Positions 50,143-64,000 of a stretch of DNA of 64,000 nucleotides are shown piece after piece. Location: positions 693,905 through 757,904 of the forward strand of contig MU006097.1 in NCBI GenBank assembly GCA_010093705.1, in the 5' to 3' direction. The DNA is from Patellaria atrata CBS 101060 (Eukaryota). Below the pieces are notes generated by a model that searched no databases, had not been told where the DNA came from, and worked only from the letters and a program-made list of their open reading frames with translations. The stretch's first letter is position 1, and every line of letters begins with the position of its first letter. The translations under genes and the position numbers were made by a program.

Positions 50143-50822
50143 CGAACCATTTGGCTGATCCCTTCTGCTTCGGTGCGTCTAAACGAGCGTGGATGGTCAA
50201 CAAGTGCATCTGAAAGCGAAAGTTTGACGTTGCGGATGGAATACGTATCGAAATAATATATACTAAGAAAGATGGAGACTTCAAGCAAGTATGGACGAGA
50301 TCAAGGTTGAGGCTGATACACCAAACACGGAAGTTGGACGCGGCGGAGTCGCTGGGAATGCGGGAACGCGGGAAAGGGGAACGAGTCACGTGCAACTTAT
50401 ATTAAGGAAATATATCCACAAGTACCACAACGACAAAGGGGTAAACAGTTAGATGATAGAGTTCAGCTTAAGAAATCGTTCTAGGGCTGTTCTAGAATCC
50501 TATAAAGTGATCTACATCGATTTTCTATCTGGCCGGCCACTCCCCAGTGGGAGTATTACATTCTATTCCTTTCCAATTCTTTGATGAGACCCAAGGCCCT
50601 TACACCCTTTGAATGCAAGCGCAGAAATATTATCTCACCAACCAGAGGGAAAAAACAAAAGAGAGACCCGATAGGGTAAGCGTAGATACAAGAAGCATAG
50701 GTAACGCCGGGACATGCTCTGCAATTGGAACGCCAGGGGTGTCGCTACTTCACGATGAAGCCGCCAAGATGAAAGGAAGATTAAGAGCTGTAAAGTGGGG
50801 AGATAAAGTAGGTAGACGAATA

Positions 50823-53800
50823 TTAGGTTCGTGGTAGTGATTGGAGGAATTTCTTCCCGAGTAGCAGCTTACTCTTACGACGTGCGCTTCTAGGGTGATC
50901 AATTAGAACTTGATTTTTGCACAACTTGACGGTGAATAGAAACTTACAACTCTTCTGGCTCATCTGTCGGGGTAGTTGATCGATTATTCGACTTATGACT
51001 GAGGCCAGTAAGATGCCTACTCAAGGACGTACGCATACCCGGATTCCCGTGCTAGAACAAAATTAGCATTAACGTTTCCCTTCAATTTCGCGGACCACTT
51101 ACCCCGTCCTCGTCCTGAGGGTGCATAGCAGGAAGTATGGAAGACCCTTCGGAGCCCCCCAGATGCGGCGAACCACCCCAAGAAGTAGCATTTCCAGAAT
51201 GAGTACTCGAAGTTTGGGAACCGGTCCGACTTATGACACTCCCACGTCCAGAGGCGAAAGATCGGCGTGGTTGTTCAGTATCGAGCCCATCTATTGGGCT
51301 GGCTTCAAACGTGCTGCTAGTCTCGCTGGCGGTATTCGAGGTATCGTTACTGGTGTGTAATAGAGTTGAAGAGTTCGCAATTTCTCTCAAGCGACTTTGT
51401 TGCTGTCTGGTCGGGCGATGCTGTGAGAATTTATTTCCAATAATCGCCCCGGTGTGGGAGATTAAAGCTTTGATAACGTCTTTTTTGAGCTGAAGGGCAA
51501 GGTCCAGATTTGACCAGGTCTTATTTCGGTATTCCAACGTCGGCATGCGGAAAACCAGGTCGTGCACATCTTCTACGTTGCGTTGACCCTTACCTTTATA
51601 GCTTAAACACAAAACCATGGTGGGAATCTTAACATAGGCAAGTGTCATATAATTGGATGCCCTTGTCATCATCTGAGTTAAGTCATCTGACCGTACAGTA
51701 TTCTCTTTCTCTTTGCGATCTTTACTGGCGGGACGATTCAAGCCAAAACGTTTCGGCTTTTCTGTATCGGAAGACTTACTCGAACTTAATACCGAATTGG
51801 AGCGCATACTGGGTGGTTTACTTGCAGGCTTAAGACTTGAGGAATCAGCACCAACAAGACCAGAGCGCGAGGAGTGGGAGATTTCTGAATCCGCCCTGTG
51901 AGGCTGCCCAGCAAACAACCTGAAGTGAGATTCACCGCGTCCGACACGGGAGCCTAATCTGTTCTTTGACGGAGAAATTTTGGATCTGCTTGCAGGAAGA
52001 TTCAGCGTAGGTTGGAGACGTAGTTCGAGTGATGCATGAGAACTGTCGGTACTGTTCCAGTTTGAGTTGGTGCTTGAAAGTTGACTATTTGTCAACGCAG
52101 AGTCCTCTTCGTCTTCTTCCTCCTGCGCCGGAAGCATATGCCTGATCATGAAGGGGGAGAATGTTCCGCCCTCGAATGCGTTAGAACTAATTCCGGGGAA
52201 AATGTACTCGAAAAGCTTCTTGCCAACTTCACGCTCAAGTTGTATTTTCAGGGGAAAAAGGTTGACTTCGAAATGTTCCAGGACAGGTATGCCACCAATG
52301 GCTTCTAGCATGTACCAGTGCACTTTCAGCATCTTCGCGTCCCTGCTTTCATGATATGGCATGCTACCATCAAAGTAAGGCGTAATCATCTCAGGATAAG
52401 TTGCGTTCGGAAGCAAGTTCAGCCCGTGGATACGGTCGATCTCCACAGAGTTGAAATTTGAACCGTCGTTGTTGTCAGTGCGGTCATAAAGAGCATTCTT
52501 CAGTTGGAGTTCAACCAAAGACTCGTTTCCCTCACGAACTAAATGCCATACGATTTCTTGAGCACCAATATTCCATCGCAATAAACCGTTTGATTGGGCA
52601 CTCTGGCCTCTGTCTTCAATTTTGCGCTGAGAGGTAGTAATAGCTTTCATCATGAAGAAAAGCTCGTCTTCGCAAGTCGCCAATTCTCGTTCCATTACTA
52701 CTCGATCTTTCCATCCTTGCCGGTCAAGGTATCTCTCATTGACTTGGAAATGCATTTTTATCTCCTCTAATTGACGGATTCTTTCCTGGAGCGTAATAAC
52801 CAACTCAGGGGCACCTGTTAGATCGCTAAAGTCAGACGCTAACATAATCTTCTCTAAACGCTCGCTTCGGGTTTTCTCGAGAGGCTCATTGTATAAGAGG
52901 AGATCTAAGACGATGATGTACATCGCAAAGTATTGCGTCGAATCACAGATCGCCCGAACATGGGGAAAGTCAACCCATAAATGATCAATACGATTCTCGG
53001 CATTGTCGGGACAAGACGCGTGTCCTGAGTTGGTGTTCGTAACGTCGTCGTTATATTTCAGGCGGAGGGTGTTATACTTGTCATATCTTAGACTTGCTGA
53101 TGTCCTACGGACGACTCTGGAGAAACCATATGGATTAGTATCAAAAATGTACATCACTTCCATCGGTACCCAAGGCGGCCATAGAGATCCAGCCGGGGTG
53201 CCCCAACGATTGCCTGTGTACATGTGGAGATATTCTGTTGAGAACGTTTTTGTACTTGTAACGAAGATTTGGAGGCTATCCATCGTAGCAGAAAATCTCC
53301 GTTGCACAAGGCCACTAACATCGTCGGTTACTCGGTCTTTGTCCATGATCTGAACTACCTTGAGTTGTATTCCTTTGGCGGTTACTAACACGGCAGATTT
53401 CGTATTCTTTTCGCTTTGTAATTGAATTTGAGGTCCTATTAAACGCACATGGTATGTATTCTGCGGCGTAAATTCTTGCGAGATGTCCTTTCCAATATCC
53501 GCCGGGGAAGGTTTATCACCTTCCACGTCCTCTGGGTCATCTGCATTAACGAACTTCTTACCGTCATCGAGTAGCTGCTGAACTCGGTCCTGAACGTTGA
53601 GCTTGTCGTCGCCATTGGCGCAAGTTGGGCTTATCGTCTGAGAGACAGGTTGTGAATCAGGTGCTGGTGGACCGTGTTTAGCTTTGTTCTGTTCTTCAAC
53701 GATGTCTAAGATGAACTTGACGGCTCTTCGTGACATGTAATAAACGAAACCCCTGCGTTGACTGACTTGGTGGATGTATCGCAGAATGATATTGCGAAGA

Positions 53801-56800
53801 GGATTGTTCCACTTCAACTGTGCGTTATGGACGATGAAGCGATTGTTGAAGTCGTCTATGTAATCTTGTAGCGGCGCGGAGTCCATTCCGCTTATATCTT
53901 GGTCAGTGGGATCATACTCCTCTTTTGCCTCAAAAAACATATCTTCTTCAGCATCTATTTCAGGTACAGCTCTACCATTGCCAGATTCAAGTCTATCCTT
54001 GAGGGTCTGCAACATATTTTGTAGAAAAGCTTTCTTCTTGTGAAGTGTACTATTATGACTCTCAAGTAGATCGGCATGCTCTCTTTTTTTTGGATCTTCT
54101 TGTGATTCTCGAATCATTTGCAATTCCAACTCACCTAGAGTGGTTCGGTTATGCGACATCTGTTCTTCGATCTTTGATAGACGTTCTTTAACAAGCCCAA
54201 TCTGGACCCGACGTGGGTCATTCCTAGCAGACATTACGCAGTAATGGGTAGGTTCATTTCCGAAAGGACTCGAACGATTAGGGTCACCGTGTGTAATATC
54301 CTGATGATCAGTCTGACGGAAGTAGGTAAACCTTGGAGAGTAAGCAAGAGGAAGGATTTGGGTCTCTGGGTTGGATTCTGCAGGAAGGATCCAGTCAAGT
54401 TCCACGAAATCATCCATATCTACCCAGGAAAAATCGTTATCAGGGATGGTGAACCGAGAGAGGTCGGCCGCGGGAGCTGGTTGCTGGTAAAACGCGATCG
54501 TATCATCTGTTTCGACATCAAGGTCAGCGGGATTGGTCCCCGCAATGCTCGCGGAGACAGCTCTGATATCTGCTGAAATGAAGTCGACCTGAGCTTGATT
54601 GATACGCATGCCAGTTGCTCGGCTTTCCTTGTCAGACCCTTGATTCATAGTTTTGAATTCCTCGCGGCGTTGATGTAGGTCGAATATGAAGCTGTCCAAA
54701 CGTATTTTTAAGCCAGTTGCAGAAACAGTACTCTGACTATACTCCTCGGGGTCTTTGTGTTTATAGATGTGACTCATGAACAGGGGCGAAAGCAAAATAT
54801 TGTATTTGATGGTTGCGAGGTGTCTTCCGAATTTCTTGCTAGATTTTTCTACACCTGGAAAGAGTTTGCCTTGACGTATCGGAAGAGCCATTGCCCCTGA
54901 GAACATTGACCACCAGCTGAAGAAGTGGCTAAAAAAACGCGGCGTGAGATGGACGCTATTGTAATTTGACGACTCTCGTACAACCGGTGACGACCAGTCT
55001 TTGTCCACTGGGGCTGCGATGGCAACTGACATGTGAATATGGTGGCTCCTAAATCCTCTAAATGCATCATAGCCCTAAAGTGGAAATTAGTAAAATAACG
55101 AGATATAATGAAGGATTTAGTTTTGCCGTACCTTTCCATCGGTACATTCAGCGTGGCGAGGGTTTTTGAGTACTACGTTGTAATGAGGTGTAAAATCGAA
55201 AGAACGTCCGCCATTATCCAGGTTTCGCTCAAAAACAAGTCCAGCGAGCCACTGTACTTTTCCAGAAAGCTTCATGATGGTTTTCAGGAATGTCGCACCT
55301 GATCTGAAACTGGATGTGCTTGATGAACTATGAAAGTCTGAGCTCTCTGTGTCATATGAATGCCGCGCGTAATGGGTCAAGTCAGGAATCGCTAAGATAT
55401 ATGATCCGCTGTTAACAGTCATAAATTTCCTTGGATCATCCTCCTGGGCAATGTTCCAGCGGACATCGTTGCGCCAACACATTACAAATCCAGCACCTTG
55501 TCCAGTTACCATGTAAGGGTCCCGTGAACCTATAATAAACTTAGGTACTAATCAAAGGAGAAAAGAAGCATGGTAGATTACCTTTCAGTATCAGATGTAC
55601 ATCACCATCCCCTTTCCAAGCGACATTGATTTTGGAATGGAAAGTTAGTCTGATCTTATCCCAGAAACCAACACGTTCCGACGGATCAATTGCGGGTTTC
55701 GTGAATGCTTCGATGACTTGCATCATATCCTGGATAGCCGGTTGGTAGGAAGTACCCCATGTTATCCTTGTGGGATAGCTGGTGTTGATTTCGACTTTCA
55801 TGTCGGAGTATGTCTTCACAGGAGAAACGGTGCGGCTGACAGTAACCTGAAGACCAGCACTCTTTTGACCTGATTCATCTAATCCAGGTGGTACTACAAC
55901 GATCTGAGCATGGCGCATTGACTCAGTATTACGATATTCTTCGGCAATAACGAAGTCGGTCTTCAAAGATAAACTTGGTGATCTTGGATGTTGGCCTGGA
56001 CGAATAGCTGGTACGTGTATCAAAGGTAGCGGATAGTCTCGTAAGGTAATCCGACACTCGCCCATACTGATTTGAATGTTCATCGGGACGAGAAGGGAGT
56101 ATTGTGTGTCATGCGGAATGCCCTTTCCGACACGATGAAGGTACTTACTATACTCGGATAATGGGAATGAAGGTTTGTCAATCAGAATATTGACATCGCT
56201 AACTACGACGGCCACGAGAGCTGGACGTTGTGGAACCGCTAGGATGTTCTCATTGTGCTCAACGTCATCAGGGAGTTCATCAATACCCCAGAAAATAGAA
56301 CGAATGTCCTTCATCGCCCGATTCTGAGATTTCAATCCATGGTCAATTCGCTTCTTCCAACTCTGCGCATTAAGTTGTTGAAGCTTGTCCCAGGCTTGCT
56401 GAACAGTCCGCTTTGCACTAGTTCCAAGGCCACAGATACCCTCAACGTCGTAACGCATCTTTCGACCTCTACTTCTACTAGGACGGGACCTTGTTGTACT
56501 ACACGAGTCCGAACTTTGACTCCGTCGTTTTGAGACCTCCGGGTTTCTGCCTCGATTACGATCTCGTACGTTGTTGGTTGACTTCGCACGGAAACGAGAG
56601 GAACCCCGTCCCCTCTCATATTCTCTCATTTTCCTAACTTTCAATTTGAACATCTCTTCCCTTGCTATCCTCTGCTTTTGTTCGAGGAGGCCAAGACGGT
56701 ATATGGCACCGAGCTTCCATTCGAAAGAGCCATCTTCGATTTCGAAGAGCAGTGCGTGAGTGCGTACCGAAATTTTTGGCACCCGCTTCGGGCCCTCGGA

Positions 56801-59800
56801 CTTTTTCTCGAGAATATCCACATCAGTCTCCGTTCTGAATCTGTGATGCAACTGTTCAATTGTTTTTGCTGTGTTGACCAGATTGTCAATGATCGTGTGA
56901 ACAACAAGCTGATGTGGAACTCCAATACGAATCGCGTCGGCGGCCAAATCCATGGAGTTATCTTCTACAAAGCTCAACCCCTGCTTGCGGCGGGATTGAC
57001 GGAAGTCAAGCCTTGGTCCCTTAAGGGTTACCAAACGGCTCCAGAACCGTTTTAATCTTGGAGTTTCTGCGTACAACCTCATGAGCTGTGCTCTGGCAAA
57101 TGGAGCGCTCCACCTGTGCTGCCCGGCCTCTAGACCATGAATATGAACCATAACGGGAGGGCCGGAGGGCATTGTAGCTTTGATTTGAACAAACCCAGCT
57201 TTAAAGTCGTACGAAGTCAGTTCCCGTTTAAGCAATATCTCTCTGCCAGGGCCAACTTCACTTGAATTCGGTAAGAAGAACTGACTAGTACTTCGCGAGG
57301 AAGACTCGCTCGAGCTTGGTGACCCTGGCGGTCGCTGAAAAGTCTTCCGTAATACCATAGTCGCGACTCCAATAGCGAAGTGGCGATACAATGAGTAATG
57401 GAAGAAAACTTCTTTCGCATAAGAGTTGATATGAAAAACCGGGCCCTGCTTGTCCGTTGAGGTTGAAAAAGCAACTTCAAATCTAGGAAGAGATACGAAT
57501 GATTCAGGCTCGAAGTTGTCTGCAGACTCAATGACAAAACCTTCTAAACCCTGAGTGTGTATTGCTAGCCGTCTTCCATCACTCACACTACCCGGGATCC
57601 TTCGCGGTGACGTCGGGGATTTGGAACCGATGAAGGCATCGTCCCGCTGGATGGATCTACTAACCCTTCGTCGTGATACAGGCGTCATAGTTACGTCGTT
57701 TTTGTCAGCTTTATATTCCGCATCCCATGACTCCAGATGTAGTTGACATCCTCGAGCGTGTGGAGATACAGCAAAATCGATTCCTGCGACGTCAACATTG
57801 AAATCTGAACCCTGTAAATGAACATGCAAAAGCCAAGCAGGCAATTTCCTAAGAAAGTTGACTTTCAGTCTATCGGCCTGGGCGAGCTTCGCCTTCGGGG
57901 TATCTCTTCGTAATTGTGCTACGATTAGTCGAACACCTTCGCTGATCTCTGGTCGAACTAAGTAAAGAGAGAAGGTTTGGAGATTGGCACTGGCGTAAAC
58001 AGCTACATCTGGAGATGCAGTAATCTCAAGTTTAACTTCAAGACTATCAGTAAGGAGGAGGTTGTGCTTCTCTCTCGCATCTGTCTGGTAATATAGTTGA
58101 TGAGAGAGAACCCGAAGGTTGGACACTAAAGAGTAATGTAGCTCTTCTCCCGCCGAGTGTGATGATTCGACATCAAGAGATATTGAAGACATTGCAGATA
58201 TTAGAAGGTCATATTGGCCATCGTCCCGTTTGTTGGGGTCCATACATGGTAACGATACTCGAATAACAGGTTCATGGATCGAAATTTTGATGCTAGCCTT
58301 TGGGAGTAACCGTGAAATTAGTTTCCGCTTGCTACGCGTCGTGCTCACAGGTCGATCCTGGTGACTTTGTAAAAGTGCTAAAACGAGAGGCAAATGGCCT
58401 GGATCTAGGTCAAGTGATGGGGAGGTTACCACTAGATTAGCAAAGAGAATATTCGCGTTTCTCTCTGCTACATTTTTGCCATCCGAAAACTGAATGGTCT
58501 TGGACGGTAAAGTCGTCTTCATAGTTGTAGTCGCCATAGGTATGTATAGCAATCGTTCTGGATGGTCTTGGCCATCATCGATCCCGACCGAAATTGCAAT
58601 AGCTGCAATTAACGCTTGATGGGCAATATCATCTCGAGAGAAATACATAACGTGTGCGGGACTTTGAGGATCTAAGCGAAGAAGGTCCATTCCGAGTTCC
58701 TTCATAGCAATGTTTAAGTATACGGGATCTGCTGTCTCCATAGCGCCAATACGCTTGGTAAGGCCAAAGAAACTGACGGCAAATTGTATTTCTTGTATAC
58801 CTCGCAATATAGAGCTAACGAATTCCCTGGAATCGGACACCGTTTGTACAATATTTTCCTCCCGGCTGCCTGGTCTATCCAGCTCCCCTACAACATCAGC
58901 GAAAGAAATTCCTCCAGTACTTGATTCCGGTCCTCGTCTGCCATAAATTGCTCGGCGCTGCTTGATCTGTTCCATGCAAAGGTGGATGTCATCATATGGA
59001 ATGCTGAGTCGGCCAAGTTTGAGTGCTATGGAAGCATCTCGAAGACCTTCCAAATCCGTATATAACAGGCCATGCACATTGAGGGTACAGTGGTCCAAGA
59101 TTTCGGTCGAGTCATTCCCTTCTGGTGTAAAAAGAATACTTCGTACAGTGAAAATCCATTCCGCTGGTCTTTGCTCGGATTTGGAGCGCCTATGCTGAAA
59201 TAAACGACTGCGGTCCACTGTCTTTCGTCGCGTATCTACGGCCATAGTAAAATTAACTACCTGAACTGATCCTACCTCAGAAATAACGAAAGTCGAATTC
59301 GTAGAGACCAAATCGATAAGACGTATCCATTGTATCTTTCGGTGTAGCCTCTTGATCTTTTCCTTGACTTCCGTCAGCTGTTTCCAGGTTTTACTACGAG
59401 GAATATCCTCAGGCTCGTCACTATCTTTGTGTTCATCTTCAACAGGTCCTTTCTTATCTCTTAGTACAGATTGGTGCTCAGGAGAGCCATTTGCCCAGTT
59501 ATGCCAATGCGGCTTCTTATCCGTTTTGCGAGCCAGCGCCTTCAAGTCAACTGTGACCTTCAGCTCTGTCAAGACAATGCTAACCCATGTTGGCTGCGCG
59601 AACGTCGGTCGATGTAAACTAAGCCCAATTCCACGAATATCAATCCTAAAACCATCTTTGGGAGTATACGATATGCGCCGGAAGCCTTGTATTCCAACTC
59701 TTTGAATAGAGATCCCAGTGATTATTCGTATTAAAGCGAAAACGACGAAGGAGGAGAGGTACAGTAGGATGACCACACCAGCTATGAAAGAAGGGCTGGG

Positions 59801-59809
59801 AATAGCCAT
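50823..59809 (-). CDS. FMP27: FMP27/Hobbit (BLTP2 family) bridge-like lipid transfer protein, 5 exons, about 2900 aa
   Basis: N-terminal TM anchor (MAIPSPSFIAGVVILLYL), LRDYPLPL, GFWDKIRL, LKGSRDPY, and C-terminal LEYRNKTWSNLDL; last exon ends ...QSLPRT* at 50823. Confidence 0.93.
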
Positions 59810-61129
59810 AGCTTTTAGGGGGCGATGGGATTGTATATCCGCAGCAATCCTCAAAATAGACTTCGTTCACCGTTCGTCGTGCGAATGGGGACGCGCCGTT
59901 GTCTGACCACTCGCCCTTTCATAACTGTACGCGGTTGATAAAGTTTTGCTTTGTGAAGGTCTACACGTATGCGGTTGTAAAAGGATAGCGGAGATACGAG
60001 AAATGGACCGCTCGGATGATGTTTTGATTAGGTCGTGTAGCTGTACGAATGCGGTATGACGTCTCTAGCGGTAGGGCACCCGTTCTATACAATCGGATAT
60101 TTGTTCACGAGAAAATGAGAGTACTAGCAACAACATCAGTACAGAAATACCATCTGTCTATTCACAGTACAGGAATCTTGAATTCTAAACGGCCGGTTCC
60201 GAGATAGAGTACCCGAACCTATGCTGCCCAGCGTTCTGGCTCATGGCTGGCTTGGCTGACCGAGATTGCGGAGTGCAGACACGGGGCAGGAACTGAACAG
60301 CAGGTTACGGAGCGCCATGGATAGTTCTACCACTGTGGTAGCTTCGTATCCCCTTTTTGTCAACTCCTTCCCTTTGATTCTCATACGGAATCTCCATCAC
60401 AATCTCGCGACAAAGATAACGTTTGAGCATAAATATCCCTCTCCTCCACTCGGGTTATCCTCAAGACAACTGAGCTCTTTTACACTCAATATTTAGCAAC
60501 AATAAAGCCCCCAACCCCCCGTGAGCGCTTCTACCAGGTGGACAGGATAGCTCGCCAACCTGCAAAATGAGGTACTTCTCCATCTTGTCGTCCATATCCC
60601 ACAAAAGGATTTAAATACCAATCGTGATGGTATTCAGTCATCCTACCATTAAGGACTAAATGTTGGATACATCGACTATGTGCTTCCGAAAGCTTGGATG
60701 CGAGACACGACGTATGGATTCCTACCCAACGAAGAGACTACGTACCGAAAACCAAAAGTATATCTGGAGAAAACGAAGAAGTTGACCCGGTAAAGAGGCA
60801 CGCCTATTTCCAAGCCGTTAGTGGCCAAAACCGCTTCTGTTATAGTTGAGTGAGCGACTAGAAACCTACTGAGGGTTATATGTTTGCCCGCAAACGGTCA
60901 ATGAAGCGGCGATCTAAATCGTCTTTTTCAGTTGGAAAATTTCAGAAGCTCAGTAGTAGGAGCAGCAACACGTCATTTTATTCAAAACCATCTATCATGA
61001 ACCCAAATAAACCGAAAGTAGAGAAGATTTAAGGGAACATAACTTGTAGAAATGCACCATCTACCAAGATCTTTCACACTCAACTAACAATACTAGGAAC
61101 AATGGAAATTACAATAGAGTGAAGATAAG

Positions 61130-61800
61130 CTCCTATTAGTCTTTCCCTTCGCGAAGAAGGGGTTCTCTAACCGGTAAATATATAGCTTCCTCTTTTACAT
61201 TTATATTACCCCTTTTTCTTTTATATTCCTTTTCTTAAGCTAATACAATAGCACAGTAGTAATATACAAGTACGCGTAAATATGATAGTAAATTCTACTC
61301 TCCGGGAAGACTTACCTTCAAATACTCCTACTTTAGTAAGATTTTGCTGAGGATTTAAGGAGATACACCAGATATTCGACGAACTCTACGCACGGGCATG
61401 AATACTAACGTAGTTATTGGAATAAACGTATAATACAACGTGTAACGAGAATATATATACAGACTCTATCAAGCTATTTAGTAGTACTAGTACTGCTACT
61501 GCTACGGTAGTTACTGCCACTGGTGGTAAACGACTTCAGACACCCGACGGCGTTGACACGGTATTAATACCAAACCGCCAGTTTATACTAAGGGAAGCGC
61601 CTTAAACGACATTTGCATGATTATCTCGTGATAGATATTGTTTATAAAACGATAAGTATTCGCACTCGTTAAGTTCCACGTAAATTTCAAGATATACGGC
61701 TTGAAACGTTTCTATGATAATTGTATAGTAGCGGAACTTTATTGACATTAAACGGTAGTAACGCAGCTGTACTGACATCAAAAGGGAAACCCCCTCCCCT
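61130..61800 (+). other. AT/TpA-rich relic consistent with RIP-mutated sequence
   Basis: One frame (REDLPSNTPTLVRFC*GFKEIHQIFDELYARA*ILT*LLE*TY...) is interrupted by many TAA/TAG/TGA codons; TpA visibly enriched. Confidence 0.45.
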
Positions 61801-61839
61801 CGCTGAGGTAGCTCCAGGTACAATACAAGATAACACTTG

Positions 61840-63798
61840 TCAGATAATATCAGACATCTGAGGTGAAGGGTACTGATTTGTGCTACTCTTTGCTGTGAAG
61901 AGACCACCAAACAATGCACCGGCCGCCTTTCCCCATGGAAATTCTAAACGGGCCTCTACTGAGTCAGAAAAACCTATTTGGGAACCACAATTGGATGCAG
62001 TTGTACGTCCTGTTCCGCCATATAGATTGTCAAGCATTTTTTAGCGGATACTCGACTTGCTGGATTGAAACTCCTATATTTGCTATATTCCTGCCGGCCT
62101 TTGCAACATTCAGCACTGCATGAATTATCTCGTCAGCTGATTGTACCCAATACTTAAAGTTACCCAAGTTCATTACATAAGCTATAGTTGCAAATAGAGA
62201 CCATACATCCGCCTTAGGGGTCTGTGGAAATCCCTTATTTCCTATTATTTCGGGTGCCATAAACCACTGAGTCCCAGTACAGGTTACCGCGCAACCGATG
62301 ATGTTACACTGGCCGAAGTCACCAAGCGCAAGGGAATAGATAGGATTTCCTCTAGCTTGATGTACTTGACATTTAAAAAGTATATTATCCGGCTTAACGT
62401 CTCGATGGATAATACCCCAATATGCGAGGTAATTAAGGGCTGGCAGCATTTCAAAGAGGAGGGTATCATATGACTCTGGATCAAGGGCCATTCTTGCGAC
62501 GGTCCCGTCGTAAAGCTTCGCGAAAATTCCAAGGTTGTTCCCTTCTACAAAATCTACGCCGATGAACTTGATGATATTGTTCTGTATTTCTGTTAGTGAT
62601 ACTGAATTATAGCATGCACTCATTCCGTATTGATGGTTCTAGCTTATCATACGCTCATTTCAGTATCCTTCTTTCGATCCTGGCACTCCTGGGTTACTGT
62701 ACTGTTGCTGAAAATGTCCCCTGGTTCTGCTGTATCGAGTAAGGTAGACTCTACGGACGTCTGCGGTATGTACGAACACCCCAGCCATAAATACGTTGAC
62801 AGCTGCGGTATTTCAGAACCAAGTTTGCTCTATTGGATGTATAGCAATCGTACAGCAACCGAAAAGTGCCAAAAGAGGAGAAAACCGGAAGAAATTTCCG
62901 ATAGTATTCCACGTATTTACTGGCGCTAGAGGATGGCCTGGATATGGGAGGGGGGAAGTAGAATAGTAAAATGAAAGCTGAGGATATGATACTCACGTAG
63001 TTATTTAAACGTAAGGCTTCACACTACACGCTAGAGACATTCCGACTTGATTCTCTCATTGGAGGTATCGATGACCTTGTGTGCGAGCAGTTGTCCAGAA
63101 TCGACGCCTACGATCTTGGAGACCGATTCGAACGAAGCCTGACCAATTTTAGCTTTAGTGTAATATCGAATTGGCAGTGTCCGCTCTTGGCCGCTAGAGG
63201 TACGAGACCGTTCCAGAGGTCTCGGTAAGCCACTAACTTCTCCAATGTCCTGGGTGCGGGTATGTCTCCAGGAAGATATTCGAGGTGTGCCGTACTTTTT
63301 GATTAAATCTATTCAATCTTTTTCCGAACATACCCAGTGGATTGTAAACTGGTACTGATCACAATCGGCACCACCAAATCCGAACCTGGAATTTACTTCT
63401 TTCGATACCACGACTTGGCGGTCGCGCCCTGGTAGGAATGGTGTTGCATCCTGATCAACAGTCTGGGTTGACATGTTTTCAGACTTGTCTCAAAGGATAA
63501 TCTCATGCGTTTCGCCATGGATCTCAAAGGAGCATTGAACCTGCGAGAGCTCTGTACTTTCGACAACGACATTCCCGGTACGCCCAATCGTTGCTAGAGT
63601 CAAGTTGGACTGTGATCCGGTAATTTGAAAGCCAATGTTAATTTCACGAGCAACATTTGTTGCGTTCAAGAAATTTCGAACGCCAGGGTGTGGTGACACG
63701 AGCTCACAGTTCTCAGGATAGTCGAGTACGGTATTTGCTACGTCGTTCATTGGTATGAGGGAAAAGATGGTCAACGGGTGTAATTCATGAAGCGCCAT
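61840..63798 (-). pseudogene. Ser/Thr protein kinase with N-terminal FHA-like domain, disrupted; 415-nt intron 62996-62582
   Basis: TIGR...LSQVQCSF (FHA-like), degenerate Gly loop IGQASFESV, IIHRDVKPDNIL, GDFG, GTQWFMAPE and KADVWS motifs; stops and frameshifts at about 63490, 63300, 63030 and 62050. Confidence 0.85.
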
Positions 63799-64000
63799 GG
63801 TTGGAACTCCTAGTACTCTATGGTTGTTCTCAAAAGGGTCTCCGAATCTGATGCCTGTATTAGACCAAAGTTTACAACTGACTGCGAGCTTTACGGACAC
63901 AGTTGATATACCAATTAACCGTACGGTATTTCCAGACGCGTCTTGGACTCCGCCATACACACAGTGAGCTTGCCTATACTGTACAATGGACTGCAGTCTG

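Noticed and set aside
1..64000. CRISPR arrays, rRNA, tRNA, intact transposons; many short antisense ORFs in the track
   Set aside because: No regular repeat-spacer array, RNA gene or transposase seen; short ORFs opposite POL3, PLD, LIG4, IRS4 and FMP27 are shadow frames.

Overview
Eukaryotic DNA from an intron-containing filamentous ascomycete (Pezizomycotina, probably Dothideomycetes-like), judged from GT-AG introns with CTRAY branch points and the gene content. Conserved genes: beta-carbonic anhydrase, DNA polymerase delta (POL3), phospholipase D, DHHC palmitoyltransferase (PFA3), DNA ligase IV, adenylosuccinate synthetase, IMP1 protease, a JMJD7-like JmjC protein, IRS4-like EH protein and FMP27/Hobbit. 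An accessory island (about 15.6-33 kb) holds five secondary-metabolite tailoring-type genes (SnoaL/NTF2-like, DUF1772-like, P450, FAD monooxygenase, NmrA-like) with no backbone enzyme, bracketed by a dead NACHT-ankyrin NLR and a dead HET gene. Further pseudogenes are an APH-like phosphotransferase and an FHA-like kinase, plus a RIP-like relic. The best leads are: (1) a 277-nt, heavily base-paired intron in the carbonic anhydrase gene whose branch point and cryptic splice sites lie in stems with an alternative pairing register, a candidate splicing switch; (2) a secreted repeat precursor that may release a 43-aa Arg/Pro-rich cationic peptide; (3) an in-frame, stop-free 162-nt intron (exitron candidate) in PLD. 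All calls are by eye; no database searches or folding programs were run.
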